Below, one piece after another: positions 1 to 19,261 of a stretch of 62,858 nucleotides of DNA; the first letter of the stretch is position 1, and each line of letters starts with the position of its first letter. Source of the DNA: Lama guanicoe (taxonomy: Eukaryota); assembly GCA_013239625.1 (NCBI GenBank), contig MU053432.1, positions 421,422-484,279 of the forward strand, read 5' to 3'. The notes below the pieces were generated by a model. It saw only the letters and a program-made list of their open reading frames with translations. It was not told the DNA's origin and did not search any database. A program made the position numbers and the translations under genes.

Positions 1-309
1 CTAGACCTCCAGACAGTGCACGACGTCTCCTCTGGCTTGTCCCATCCTCCTCCCACTCCCCCGTCCCCGCAAGATGCCCTTGGCCTGCAGCGTACCCCAG
101 TTGCCGATTCCACTTTGTGCGCCCCGCCTCGGGGTCACCTCCCGGCCCCGCCTCACAGTTCGGGAAGGGACAGCGTTTCTGGCTCCTGTCCCCTTCCTGG
201 TTCCGCACCAAGCCCGCCTCGCTGGCTTGACCCCCATCCCTGCTTTTCCTCCCGGGCCCGACGCCTGATTCCCGCAGGCTAGAGACTGACGCGCGCCCTA
301 TCCCCGCAG

Positions 310-695
310 GCCGCGCAGCCCCGGGCGCGCTGGGCCCCGGCCCGGCCGGCCGCAGACGGCGGAAGTCACGCACGGCGTTCACCGCGCAGCAGGTGCTGGA
401 GCTGGAGCGGCGCTTCGTCTTCCAGAAGTACCTGGCGCCTTCCGAGCGCGACGGGCTGGCGGCGAGGCTCGGCTTGGCCAACGCGCAGGTGGTCACGTGG
501 TTCCAGAACCGGCGCGCCAAGCTCAAGCGCGACGTGGAGGAGATGCGCGCCGACGTGGCCTCGCTGCGCGCGCTGTCCCCCGAGATCCAGTGCCGCCTGG
601 CGCTGCCTGACGGCGTCCCGGGCCTTGGCCCCGGCCCTGCCCGGCCTGACTCTGGGCCCCACCTGGCAGACGAGGAGATAGAGGTGGACGATTGA
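310..695 (+). CDS. LBX2: Ladybird homeobox 2, last coding exon (exon 1 lies upstream of the window)
   Basis: Acceptor ccccgcag|GC at 309/310. The frame reads RRRKSRTAFTAQQVLELERRFVFQKYLAPSERDGLAARLGLANAQVVTWFQNRRAKLKRD (homeodomain) and ends in the ladybird-type tail EEIEVDD*. AATAAA lies at 826-831. Confidence 0.96.
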
Positions 696-825
696 AATGA
701 AAGCCGCCGTCCGGGCTCCGGGGCGCTGGACTCCGCGCCTCCGCGTCCAGTCGGGGTTCCGGGGTGGAGGGAGGGTGTCGACCCAGGCCTCACAGCCCAG
801 ACGCCCACATTTCCCAACTGCTGAG

Positions 826-831
826 AATAAA
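826..831 (+). terminator. LBX2 polyadenylation signal AATAAA
   Basis: First canonical hexamer, 130 nt after the stop codon. Confidence 0.7.
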
Positions 832-2688
832 GTTGAGACTCCGCCACAGCATGCCTCAGTCCTGGCGCCCAGAGCAGTAAGAGCGGACTCTACTGATTAT
901 CGCGAAGATTCTGTGTTTGGCACTGTGCCCAGCGCTTTAAACGCGGTGTTTCCGTTAACCTGCATAGCAACCCTGTAAGGTAGGTGATATAACTACGCCC
1001 ATTTTACAAAAGACGAACCCCCAGGTCAGGATTTGGGCCAGGCATCCAGTCAGCCTTCAGAGCTGGTGCTGGTTAGCTTTCTGCTCCGGATGAGGGGAAG
1101 GGCATGGGATTCTGGTAGCTTCGGGCAGAGCCGACTCTTCCTCTACTGGTCGCCCGGCCTTTGATCATACGCCGCCTGGGAGACTTTGAGCCTAACGAAT
1201 AGACTGGCCTCAGAGTGACAACGTCCTGTCTGACTCTTTCCTGTTTCCCCACCCTGAGATCAATTGTTAATGGGGTCTCGACCCTTCTTCTTGCCCCCAC
1301 GGAAGGAATCCTATGCTGGAACACAGGCAACGTGATGAGCGCTGGGACAGGGGGCACACACCTGTTTCTAGGATCTCCACTCGACTAGTACTTGGGCAGA
1401 AAATGTCCCCGCCAGGATGGTGGCGGTGGCAGGAGGGTGAGAAGGCCTGGCCCTACCTGCCGAGGTGGATCTTGGAGTAGCCGCTTACAGAGAGCCCAAC
1501 CCACCTCCTCCTGTGGATATTTCCGAGATCAATTTCTAATGCTGGTGATTAATCACCATCCTGCGTGTGATGGGGAGGGAAGAGAAACATTCCTGTGGCT
1601 GCAGGTCTTCCCCCATGCCCGGCCATCCCAGCTCATCTTCAGGAGACCATGCTTAGGCTTGGTCTTCCTGCCTCCCCTCTCTCCCTATCAGTCCCTCCTC
1701 CCTCCTCAGACCTTCCCATGCTCAGGTGCTACAACCCCACCATCAGGATGCTCTGGAAATAATCCACCTGGGGTTCAACGTTGGGGTAGGGGTGATGTCA
1801 GCTAGGGCCTCAGTTACAGGCAGAAGGGATATTTCAGGGGAATGAACAAGGCTGGAAGGCAGAAAGGAACCTGGCATTTTAAGACACAGTTTCAAGTGCT
1901 TTGCATGGCCTAATCTTTACCATAACCTCATGAGATGCGACTTTAATTTCATTTTAAGGATAAAGAGACTGGATCAAAGAAGCCCATGATCATGTCATGG
2001 AAACCTCAAAGAAACCTGATCGTGTCATGAAGTCTGTAAGTGGCAGGGCTGTGATTAACCTGATTGCTTGTCTGATTCAGGAGCTCATGCTTTTGGCCAC
2101 TACAGGTTCTGTCCCTATAACTCGGCCTGGGCCTAACTGGGAGAAGGGTTCACAGAGAGAGGAGAGGAGGCAGGGCCAAAGATAGGAATTCAGCCGTTGT
2201 ACTCCAGACAGAGCATGGTCCTTGGAGGTGTTAGTGAGGAGAGGCATGAGAGCAGAGCTCAGACCGGCTAATCCGGCTGCAATGTGCAGGGTGAACCGGA
2301 GACCTGCACAGACCTGAGGAAGAAGTGTAGCTCTGGCCACTACGAAAGGTAAGAGCAGAGAGAATTCAGGGCCAGACTGGAGTGGGGAGGTTGTCATGGA
2401 ACAGGAATCAGTGTAATTACTCCAGTGACCAATGATTCGAGGAATCGGAGACGACCTTGCAACCCTGGACAACTGGCAGGAAAGTGGCACCACTGACAGA
2501 AGCAGAGAACGCCTACTAGCACAGAGCTCATCTGTCACCCACTGTGTACAAAAAGGAACCTTTGCTCCTGCACTGCCACTTCAATACACAAATATAGCAC
2601 ACACACACATAGCTCCCCTGGTTCCTGTTCAGGGCCCCATCTGTATTCTGTTCACCCCCTTCTAAAGGCTACCTCTCTAGGACCTTTA

Positions 2689-2860
2689 TTTTTTTATTTT
2701 TAAAAATGTAGTCTTTTATTTTTTTAGGGGGTGGTGGTAATTAGGATTATTTACTTATTTTTAGAGGAGAGACTGGGGATTGAACCCAGGACCTCCTGAA
2801 TGCTTAACATGCGTTCTCCCACTTGAGCTATGTTCTCCCACTTGAGCTATATCCTCCCCC
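2689..2860 (-). mobile_element. tRNA-derived SINE (camelid Vic-1-like)
   Basis: The minus strand reads GGGGGAGGATATAGCTCAAGTGG...GGTCCTGGGTTCAATCCCCAG (pol III A and B boxes) followed by an A-rich tail. Target-site duplication CTCTCTAG(G/A)ACCTTTA at 2673-2688 and 2861-2876. Confidence 0.85.
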
Positions 2861-2880
2861 CTCTCTAGAACCTTTAGATT

Positions 2881-2993
2881 GGGGTGACCAACTCATTCCT
2901 GTTTGCCCAGGACTTTCCCGGTTTTGACACTGAAAGCCGCACACCCTAGGAAATCCCTCAGTCCCTGGAAAACCAGGATGGTCGGTCACTCTG
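2881..2993. mobile_element. MER94-like hAT MITE
   Basis: Terminal inverted repeats GGGTGACCAACT...GGTCGGTCACTCT; the internal sequence resembles the MER94 consensus as recalled. Confidence 0.65.
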
Positions 2994-3627
2994 CTTCCTA
3001 GCCCTGGGGACTCGGAGCTCTCAGGCTGCTAGGTCAGAACCCTACCAGTTAGCAGTGTGAGTGTGGGAGAAAGTGAAGGCAAGGTGTCAGGAGTCCTATG
3101 GCTCTTGAAGATTCAAGTCCAGGACAGGATCAGAGGTACAGGAGAGGGGACATTTCTTTGAGAGGCTACGAGAGTAAGGAGCCAGCTCAGCCTGCAAGCA
3201 AAGATGCCAAACACGGGTGGTGGGTGGCCCTTCTTTGACGAGCCAGGGTCCCTAGTGGAGTCCCCAAAGCAGAGAAGTCCCACCACACCCCCAGCCCCAG
3301 CCCAGAACAAGGCCAGATGAGCAGGCCTCTTACGGAGTCACTGTGATGTAATCACCCTTTAAAGAAACACAAACACGGCTTCCGAACCCCACCCCTCCAC
3401 CAGGCATGAGCAAAGAACTCCCAGGGCAAATAATTCTAGTCAGGAAGATAGGCAGGGTCAGGTCAAGTCAACTGGCTCTGAGCCGTAACTTTTTTCTACT
3501 CGAGGCTTCCTTAATGCTAGCCCAGTGTTGCCACCTTTTGTAACGAAGACTCCCATAAACGAAACTCAAACTTGCCCCAACAAAATGGCCTCCTGGATGG
3601 GCATCTCCTCGGCCTGGAGCTAGAGCC

Positions 3628-3808
3628 GAGCTTCCCAAATGTTTGGGTGCCTCAGGTCACCTGGAGGGCTTCTTGAAACACAAACTGTTGAGCCCTACTC
3701 TTCCAGCTTCTGGCTTAGAAGGTCTAGGGTGGCCCCGAGAATTTGTGTTTGTGAAAAGCTCTCAGACGATACTGCTGCTGGCCCAGGGACCACACTTTGA
3801 GAACCAGT
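3628..3808. mobile_element. MER5A-like hAT-Charlie element
   Basis: Contains TCACCTGGAGGGCTT...GGTCTAGGGTGGCCCCGAGAATTTG...GGACCACACTTTGAGAACCA, typical of MER5A. Confidence 0.7.
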
Positions 3809-3929
3809 CCCACAGACCCTGGATTTGGTGAAATAAGCAGTCATTTACTCATGCTCCTCTCTTCCTAGTGTCGGAATTATGAATACGAAGGACAGTTGCA
3901 GGTGCAAATCAGTTTATTTAACAGCCGCT

Positions 3930-4040
3930 AAGTACCAGGCACTTGGTAGGCATTTTCTCGCACTTTCTCTTTTAGTCCTCATGACAGCCCTGTGAGGTAG
4001 GGATTGCCCCCATTTTACAGATGAGGAAACTGAAGCAAGA
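3930..4040 (-). mobile_element. MIR SINE fragment
   Basis: MIR core CCCCATTTTACAGATGAGGAAACTGA at about 4007-4032. Confidence 0.75.
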
Positions 4041-10341
<6,301 letters not shown>

Positions 10342-10599
10342 CTCCCGTTACAGTGACCCGAAAGTGAAAGATAGTCTGGTATTTGATACTAGCCAAAGGG
10401 CGGAGTAGGACCGGGTAGGCGGCCATCTTTGTTAGGGGCAGAAGCCTCGACTACGGAGCGCGAGAGAGTCCATTACGGTTCCGGCGGCTCCCGGGCCTGA
10501 GACGACCGCTCCGGGGATGGGGCGGAGCCCGGGCTGCCGCGGGCGCTGGGCGGCGCGGGGAGGTGGGAATCGTTAGGTTCGTTCCGCACCGGCCGTCCC
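10342..10599. promoter_or_regulatory. Bidirectional CpG-island promoter of TTC31 and CCDC142
   Basis: Head-to-head ATGs 258 bp apart. YY1-like GCGGCCATCTT at 10419-10429 and GC box GGGGCGGAGC near 10519. Confidence 0.8.
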
Positions 10600-13500
10600 A
10601 TGGCCCAGGCGTCTCGCTCCGGTGGTCTTCTGTCTCCGCTCGCTACCGTGCCGTCGTTGCGGGCGCAGCCCGGGGGCGCTGTGGAGGAGCAGTGGCAGAG
10701 CGAGCGGGCGGGCGCTCTCCGCCGGGACGTTCGTGGCAGGCCGGGGCTGCCGGTTGCCGGGAGCATCCCCTGCCTGGACCCACGGCCCGGCGGAGCTCCA
10801 GGAGGGCAGCCATGCTGGGTGGCGCCGGCGCCGGCGGACGCAGGAGAGCACCGCGAGGCCGGCGCTGCGGCCTGGGGGCGGGAGACGGCAGCTGGCGGCC
10901 CGATCCCGCCTGCGCTGCAGCGTCTCCGGGCGGTGTTCCTGCGGCTGCACCGGGAGCGAGAGCAGCTCCTCCAAGCACGGGACTGCGCCCGCCGCCTCCA
11001 GGCAGCCGTGCGCCTCCTGTGGATCCTGAGTCCCGGCGTGCCACCCGCCAGCCCCGGCCCCGGCCCCTTGCCTCAGCTGTGCCGCGACCTGCTGCCGCAC
11101 CCTTCCAGAGGGGCAGTCCTGCGAAGCGGCCTTGAGGAGACCCTCGAGCCGCTACTCCTGGCGCGCCCCATCGGACTAGCAGCCCAGCGCCTGGAGGCTA
11201 CAATCGAGATGCAGCTTCAGGCTCTGGGCCGGGCGCCCGCGAGCCCGGGCCTGTCGTCCCAACTCGCCGACCTGCTGCTGGCGCTTCCCGCCTACCACCA
11301 GCTGCAGGGAAAAGCCTTGAGCCACGTCCCAGGGGCCGCGCGCCCTTTTCTCCCGGCCCGTGTGCTCCGCCTCCTGACAGGGGAACGGGGTTGCCTGGTA
11401 GCAGGTTGGCTGAATGAGGCGCTCGGGGTATCCGGCTTGCGGGACCAGCTCCGCAGGCGTTGCCACGAGGAGCGCGAGCTGCTGCCAGGGCTACTGGGCC
11501 TGATGGGGGGCGTGGCGTGTCCAGTCAGCCCTGGACTAGGGCTTGGCGGGGCTGGAACCCTGTGGAGCCAGTACTGGACCCTGCTATGGGCAGCCTGTGC
11601 GCAGAGTCTGTACCTAAATCTAGGACCCTGGAAGGACCCCAGGGAAGCGGCACAACAGCTGAAAAAGGCACTGGGTCAGGGTGAGTGACAGGCCTGGGTG
11701 GGCGTTTGGGAATGCTGGGGTCTCTTTCCTCTGTTTAGCTCACTCACCTGTCAGCCTGACTACAAAAGCAAGCCCTTCAGGATGAACTCCCCACAACCGC
11801 CCCCATCAGCGGGGGTTGGGGGTGCGGGTGCAGTTCAAGCTATAGTTTCTGGGCTTTCAAGGCAAAGTCTTGCTTTCCATGCTGGTCTTGGAAGCCTCTC
11901 CTTTCCCCCATCATTGAGTGGGCAGTGGTTGTGGAAAAGAAAAGCCTTGTTTTCAGGCTCCAGGGTCATTTCTCCCACTAGCATCACTGCCTCAGGAGTG
12001 TGAGAAGGAGCTGGTGTCTTTGTGTCACAACCTAATTCATCAGTCTCTTCTCTGGAGCTGGGACCAAGGTGAGAAGGAAGGGGTATTGGTAGCAGCCCAA
12101 CCCCCAGATCACCTCTTCCTTATCAAACCGTGCCCCCTCATCTTCAGGCTTCTGTCAGGCCTTGGGATCTGCTGGTGGAGATCAGAGCAGCCTTCCCTCA
12201 TCCTCTAGTACCACTGAACTTCTGCGACAGCTCTTCCCTCCTCTCTTAGATGCCCTTCGAGAACTCAGATCAGGGATGCTCCTCTGGCAGCCTCCAGGTG
12301 AGACAAGGTGCTGGGGATGGGGGGAACAGAAGGACAGTTGGGGATACCCACTTTATTCCTCCATTGTGTTCGGAAGCCTGCCTCCTCCCAAAGGTGTTCT
12401 GTGGCCCTTCAGATACTCCATCCCTCTCCTCCCCAGGTCCTGCACCTCTTGCCTTGGGGCTCTGTACCCTGCAGACCACCTTGCTCTGGTTTTGGAGCAG
12501 AACTCAGAAGCACCTGGCAGCATGGGCCCCGGGTTCCTTCCTGCTCCTGACCCAGAAGGACCTACCTGTGAGTAGCTAGGGGATGGGGAGGGGAGCATTC
12601 TGGGCTGGGCTCTGATCTCACTCCCTGTTTCTGCTAAAGCCTCTATTGCGTGAGGCAGAAGCTCTGTCTAGCCTGGCTTCAGAGGAAAGCTTGGCCCTGG
12701 AGGTGGAGCAGCAGTTGGGCCTGGAGATCCGGAAGCTGACTGCACAGATCCAGGTGAGGAGAGCAGGGGGACGGGACAGTCGCCAGCTTTGGGGCTGGTG
12801 GGGTGGTTGTGGTGATGGTGGAACATCTCAGTGTCTTGGAAGCACGGCTAAATTTATCTTTTTCTTGCTCTTTGCTTCTTGTTCTCTATTTAGCTTTTTA
12901 TTATGGAAAATTTCAAACATACACAAAAGTAGAGATAAGAGTATAATGGACCCCATAGTCCTACCACTGAGGCTTTAACACTTAACAGCTCATGGTCAGT
13001 TTCATTTCATTTGTACATCCTACCACCAACCCCCATGTAGAATCTTATTGTGTGCTGTTCACAGCCACTGATGATTGATGGTCATTGTCTACATCCATTA
13101 TTTCACTGGGGGATGCAAAGTGGTGACATTCCAATTCCATCATTCCTGAGGAGGGTACAGCTCAAGTGGTAGAGCACATGCTTAGCATGCACAAGGTCCT
13201 GGGTTCAATCCCCAGTACCTCCTCTAAAAACAAATAGATCTAATTACCCCCCAAATAAATAAAATTTAAAAAAAAAACAATTCTATCATTCCTTCTTCAT
13301 TTACTAGCTGGATTCTCCTTATAAAGTGAAACTTGCCCTCATAAATTACTTGGTTACTTTGAGGCATATTTTGTTGAGAACAAGCAAGGTAAATGATTGT
13401 CTTCCTTTTACATATTAGTTTTTGATATAATGTTTCTTCTATTTCCTAAAAGTATAACTTGTATTTTTATTCAAATTGAAATAGAATATTATTTTAGAAG

Positions 13501-16500
13501 GCTTCTTAATAAGAAAGTAGCACTGTCATTGGCCCCTGCTCCCACCTCTGACCCTGATTCCACAGTGGTAACTTCCATCCACTTTTGGCTTTTTCTTCTG
13601 ACATTTCCTTATTTTCTTCTAAATTTATGAATTAAACCTTTAATACTTCTATTTTAATTTGTCCCCATTTCACACAGTATCTGTTACTACCATGGGTGAT
13701 GTCTCTCTGCTTTTTGTTCCTGCTTACTGCTCAGATTTCTCCTTTTTTAAAAAAAATTTTTAATAGACTTTATTCTTTTAGAACAGTTTCAGGTTTCAGC
13801 AGAACTGAGCAGAAAATACAGAGAGTTCGCACATAGCCCTCCCCAGCCACACATATATACTCCCCTACACTCAGCATCCCTCATCAGTGTGGCGTCTTTG
13901 GTACATATCAATGAACCAGCATGGACACATTATTATCAACCAAAGTCCATAGTTTACATTAGGGTTCACTCTTGATGGCTGTACATTCTATGGGTTTTGA
14001 CAAATGCATAATGACATGTAGCCACCACTATAGTATCATACAGAATAATTTCACTGCCTTAAAAATCCCTTGTGCTCCATCTGTTCATCCCTTCCTCCCT
14101 CCCTCTCCCCAAACCGCTGGAAACCACGATCTTTTTATTGTTTCTGTAGCTTTGCCTTTTCCAGAATGTCATTTGGTTGGAATCGTACAGTTTGTAGCCT
14201 TTTCAGACTGGCTTCTTCCATTTAGTAATATGTCTTTTAAGTTTCTTCTGTGTCTTTCATGGCTTGATAGGCTTTTTTTTTTACTGCATATATACTTTTA
14301 ATTTACATATATATGTACCATTCATTGTTTCTAAGAACGTTTAGAGCTTTAGCTTTTTAAACATACATAGTTATCAAAGGAATAAACCCAACCACAAAAT
14401 AAGAATTTACTCAAAAAAATACATACACCCTTCTATTAATAGCAATATTATTTATAATTGCCAAGATATGGAAGCATCCTAAGTGCACATCAATAGTTGA
14501 ATATAGATTTCTCCTCATTGCCCTGAGTGGGGGCATGGCTGCAGAGTTCAGCCCTTGTCCCTCCACTTCTGTTCTCTCTGCATTCCACAGTGCCTTGGTG
14601 CTGTGGACCCTGCCTCCCCTCAGCTTAGCCCTAACCCACCATCTGCATCTGCTTGTTGGGCATTTCCACCTCAATTTACTGCTGCCTCTTTCCAGGCTCT
14701 TCATGAATAGGGTGGACAGTGATGTCCCAGAACAGGCTCTTCATGAATAGGGTGGACAGCGATGGTTGTGGGAGCTCTTAGCAGGGAAGGCCACGGTGGA
14801 CACGTGGAAACAGAAGCTCCTTACAGGGCCTATGGCTCAAGCTGGCAGCTGGGCAGCCTCAGAGGAGTAGCAGGGGTTACTGGAGGTGGGCAGTTTACAG
14901 TTCCTTGGAGGAGCAGTGGGGAGATGGCCTGATTGAAGCAGAAGGGCTGTGTGTGTGTGTGTGTATACACATGAGCATGCCCTCGTCCTCGCATGCCTGT
15001 GTGAAGGGGAGGGGTGGAGGACTGTGGAAAAGTAGGTTGTCATCAAACTGTGGAGGGCACTGAACACCAGCCCACAGATTCTGGACTTTATCTCTTAAGT
15101 GATAGGAGCCATTGTAAGAGCAGGAGGGGAACAGTGAAGACAGTGACAGAGTCTGATCCAGCAGTGGTGGTCAGGATAAAAGGGAGGTGGGGAGATGTAA
15201 TACGAGAAGGGTCCAGCTCTTGGTAGTTGTGATGAAAACAGAGCAAAAGGGACAGGGATGGTGTACGCACCGTGTGAACCAAACACTATCCCAAGCAGTT
15301 TCATGCCTTGTCCCTCCGCCTGGTGACCACACTGCTGGGTGTCTCCTCTGGGTATTCCACTGAGTACAGCTCTGGGATGAAAAAGAAGAATTAGACATGA
15401 GTTTTCTCCTCAGCTGAACTGTCATGTCTCATAGAAAAAGACGGTCCCACAGTGTGACCTTGTCTTTCCTCAGAGTGTTGAGTGCAGAATTTCCTAACAA
15501 ATGTCAGTTGACAAAAGGGTGATTTCTGTGCCACAAATAAGGAAGAAGGGGGTTGTAGTTTTGGGGATAAGAGTTTGGATGTAGACAGGCTGTGGTCAGA
15601 ATATGTATCAGGAGCCACGTGGGCTCTCCCTGCCTAGGCACCCCGCCCCCCAAGCCAAGGTCCCTTCCTCTCTTCAGGCTCCTTGGCATGCAGTCACTTT
15701 TTCTTTAGGCCTACCACTACACACCCCACTTCCTGAGGTTCTTCTCCAAGATGGGCTGTAGAGACTCCTCTTTTTTGCTGTCTTCTCCCCCTCCCAAAAC
15801 AAAACCTATCAAACCAAAGAAACCAAACCTGCACAGGGGCCTTTTCTTGCTTTACGGGTTAAGTTTGCTCTGGAGAAATGCAAGTGGCTACAAAGACTTC
15901 AGTGTGAGGACATTCCAAAGGTTCCTGAGTCTCAGAAAGTTAAGAGTCACTGCTCCTGGTCTACACACAGTTCCCTTATAGACAACAGGCAGAAGATGGT
16001 ACAATTCCCTTTTCTTTCTTCAGCCTCTGCCTATCTGCCAATCATGTAGACCTCCCTCCCTAGCATTCACATTTGAACCCTGGTGGTGGTGAGCGTGTTG
16101 CCCTCTTTTTTTCCTATTAACATTACTGTAGAATAAAATTAACCTGGAGGATTTCCATCCTCTGAACCAGGCTGAGGAGAGCTGGGCAATCCTATGGCAA
16201 TTGTCCATAATGTTCTCTGGGTCCAGATCTTTTGGAAAACCCAATAAAAGCTATAGCATCTCTCCTCAGAAAATGCCCGAGCCATACAGTTATGCATACA
16301 GTTCTGTTTCTGGGGCTGTATGGATGCCAGGGTAAACACCTCAGATCTACAAGAGCAGATTACTTGACAAGTCCCTCACAGATAAGTCCCTTTTACTTTC
16401 TCCTTATCCCCACAGCTCCTACCAGAAGAGTCACTAGGTCTCTTTTTTCAAGAATGTCATAAACAAGCCACACAGGACTTCGAACTCTATATGCCACGGG

Positions 16501-17646
16501 GTCGGTACTGGCGGCATCGTCTCTGTCCTGGTAACTCTTCATCCCAGCATCCCCTTCCAGGTTCCTGGAGGGTAACAGTGTCCTAACCCTTCCAAATCCT
16601 GGCTCCAGCCCTCTGTGTCCATCCTTGTCCTCACCTTCTGTGTGCTCTGCAACCCCCGCCCCCACCCCCCACCAAATACTACCTTCTTACCCCAAAGGCT
16701 CCATTAGGGCCTTTGATGGATCTCCCTAGCTTCATATCCTGTCCTTTCTCTTCTCTCACTCCAGAACTTCCCAGCATTCCTAGTGAGTATGCTGGGTTGG
16801 TGGTCCGCAGGGTACTGGAGCCTGTGTTGCAAGGATTGCAAGGACTGCCACCTCAAGCCCAGGCCCCTGCCCTCAGCCAAGCGCTGACTGCCATCCTGGG
16901 TGCCTGGCTCAACCACATTCTCACCCATGGGATCCGGTTCAGGTGGGGAGAAAAGGAGGCAGAGGCTGGGGGATGAATGGAACTGGGAAAAGGGAGGGGG
17001 ATAGAGCAGTTTGGGGGAGGCAGGAGGGTCAGGTGGCCACGTTGTACCTTGGCCTTCAGCCTGCAGGGGGCGCTGCAGCTCAGACAAGACTTTGCAGTGG
17101 TCCGGGAGTTGCTGGAGGAGGAGCAGTGGGGCCTGTCCCCAGAACTTCGCCAGACTCTGCTCATGCTCAGCATCTTCCAGCAGCTGGACGGGGCACTGCT
17201 GTGTCTATTGCAGCAGCCCTTGCCCAAGACTCAAGTCCACAGGAGGCCTTCCTGTTGCTGTGAGTCACTCTCCTTCCCCAACTCCAGGCTCACTTCACCC
17301 CTTTCTGTGCCACATCCCCATCCTTATTATTGATCTGGCTTCAGTGTCTCCCTGCCAGCCACACCTGCCTTCCGCTCCTGCCTTACCAGGTGCATGTAAT
17401 GACATCCTGAACACGGACCTGCCCAGCAGCAGCCTCAACAGCCTGGAGAGCTTGGAGCCTCCTCTTCAGCCTGGAGCACCCCGAGCCCAGACAGCTCAGC
17501 TGCTAAGCACACGATGGGGAGGAGGACCTAGCCCTGAGGCTTACTTGGTAGGAAATCAGCAGGCCTGGCTTGCCCTGAGGCAGCACCAGCACCCTCGCTG
17601 GCACTTACCTTTTCTTTCCTGCCTGGGAACCAGTTCTGAATCCTAA
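10600..17646 (+). CDS. CCDC142: Coiled-coil domain containing 142 (9 coding exons, 770 aa)
   Basis: Exons: 10600-11680, 11982-12068, 12148-12297, 12437-12567, 12640-12753, 16416-16530, 16765-16942, 17060-17259, 17390-17646. GT-AG with a continuous frame. Reads MAQASRSG...ALQRLRAVFLRLHREREQLL...WHLPFLSCLGTSSES*. AATAAA at 17844-17849. Confidence 0.93.
13148..13277 (+). mobile_element. tRNA-derived SINE (camelid Vic-1-like) inserted in an old L1 fragment
   Basis: GAGGGTACAGCTCAAGTGGTAGAGCACATGCTTAGCATGCACAAGGTCCTGGGTTCAATCCCCAG plus A tail. TSD CAATTC(C/T)ATCATTCCT on both sides. Confidence 0.88.
13745..14275 (-). mobile_element. Old L1 (L1MC-like) 3' end
   Basis: TAATAGACTTTATT...GAACAGTTTCAGG...TTAGGGTTCACTCTTG...GTACATTCTATGGGTTTTGACAAATG, typical of an antisense L1M 3'UTR. 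Confidence 0.75.
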
Positions 17647-18746
17647 GGAGCCTGGTCAGAAGCCAGAGAGCATAAGCTCCCCATCTCTATCTGAAAAAGC
17701 CCAGACATTTAGAAATGCATATATAGATTTTAAAAAAGCCTAATTGGGAGCTTGGAAGAAAGCATACCTGAGAACCACAAGCTACACAGAGCCTGGACTT
17801 AAAAAGCTAAGAATCCAACATCACTGCAGTGCCTGGAATCCAGAATAAAAGGCAAAACCACAGCTTGGAATCTGGAGGTCAGCATCCTTGGAAGTCTTGG
17901 GCTCAGTTCCCATCAGTGGAGATGTCTCGGGGCTAGACACGGGTAGTCAGGGGCCAGACGCTGGGCGTAAGGCTGTAGGGTTGGATCCCAGGGGAAAGGG
18001 AAAAAGAAAAAACAACAGAAAGCAGGGAGCCTAGATGCCACTTTCTCTTATGTCCCAGGAGCCAGGCTAAACACAAAAAGGTCAGGAACTATTACAAAGT
18101 TAATTCATCAGGAACCACGACAGTGGGAAAGGAATTTCTACCCCTGGATCGGCCCCACCGTATATATACTCTGTGCTCCCCTCCCCATTACTATTTTTAG
18201 TCATTTAAGAATATTGAGCTGTAGGACCTTCATGTGTCAGCTTTGATTACTCGGAGTTCCACATGTTTAATCTTCATTTCCCTGAGAGGCTTTACCCCCT
18301 GGCACTTATATAATCCCTGCCGTGGTAGTGCCCTCTGCTCAGATGGGACCAGCACTTAAGATGGCGTTAACCTAGATCTGGCACAACAGGGTACAAAGGG
18401 GAAGAGGATGCAAGAGACGTGGTGTCGGAGCCAGGTGCAAACGGCTTTTGCACGACTGATTTATTGCCTTCACTGCGGTACAAGAGGACTATTAATGATA
18501 GGCAGTACTTACTGACTGCTTACTTTGGGCCCCCTCCATACCCTGTGTGGAAACCATCTCTCCCTCCTGGCCTTCCTCCTCCTCTCGGGCTGGGGAGCCC
18601 AAGGCGGCGGTTTGGGAACCAGCGCCACCCACGGCGGCGACAAACTCTCTCCCCGCGAAGGTCTGCTGCCTGCGAAAGCGCGCCGCTCACAGCCGGTCGC
18701 ACAAGCGACACTTCCGGGCACGAGTTCTTCCGGGGCGGAGGTCACC

Positions 18747-19261
18747 ATGGCGGCGTCCTTGGCTCGGCTGGGACTCCGCCCTGTTAAGCAGGTTCGGGTT
18801 CAATTCTGCCCCTTCGAGAAGAACGTGGAGTCGACGAGGTACGAAGGGGAAGGGAGTGGGGCCGTGCCTTCCTCCTGCCTGGGGTCTGGCCTCCTCTGGC
18901 CCCTGCTCACGCCGTTTTCTCACCGCAGGACCTTCCTCCAGGCAGTGAGCAGCGAGAAGGTTCGCTCCACCAACCTCAACTGCTCGGTGATTGCGGACGT
19001 GAGGCATGACGGCTCAGAGCCCTGCGTGGACGTGCTGTTCGGTGGGTCGAGTGGGGAGTCAGGCGGGAGTCGCGCGCCCTCGGACCCGCTGTCCTCCCGG
19101 CGCCTGACTCCTTTGTTCCTTCCCCAGGAGACGGGCATCGCCTGATAATGCGCGGCGCGCACCTCACCGCCCAGGAAATGCTCACTGCCTTTGCCTCCCA
19201 CGTCCAGACCAGGGGCGCGGCGGCGAGCGGGGACAAGCCTGGCGATAGTACTGGGCGCTAA
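18747..19261 (+). CDS. MRPL53: Mitochondrial ribosomal protein L53 (3 exons, 112 aa)
   Basis: Exons 18747-18838, 18929-19041, 19128-19261. Kozak ACCATGG. Reads [87 protein letters not shown]... ETS sites (CTTCCGG) lie just upstream. Confidence 0.96.

Noticed and set aside
270..278. Second acceptor-like CCCGCAG upstream of the LBX2 exon
   Set aside because: It lies 32 nt upstream, so it would shift the frame. The 309/310 site has a branch-like CTGAC and preserves the homeodomain.
15271..15371. Exon-like 101-nt segment on the minus strand of CCDC142 intron 5 (pyrimidine tract-AG ... ACG|gtgcgt)
   Set aside because: No recognisable protein in any frame and no partner exons; such signals arise by chance.
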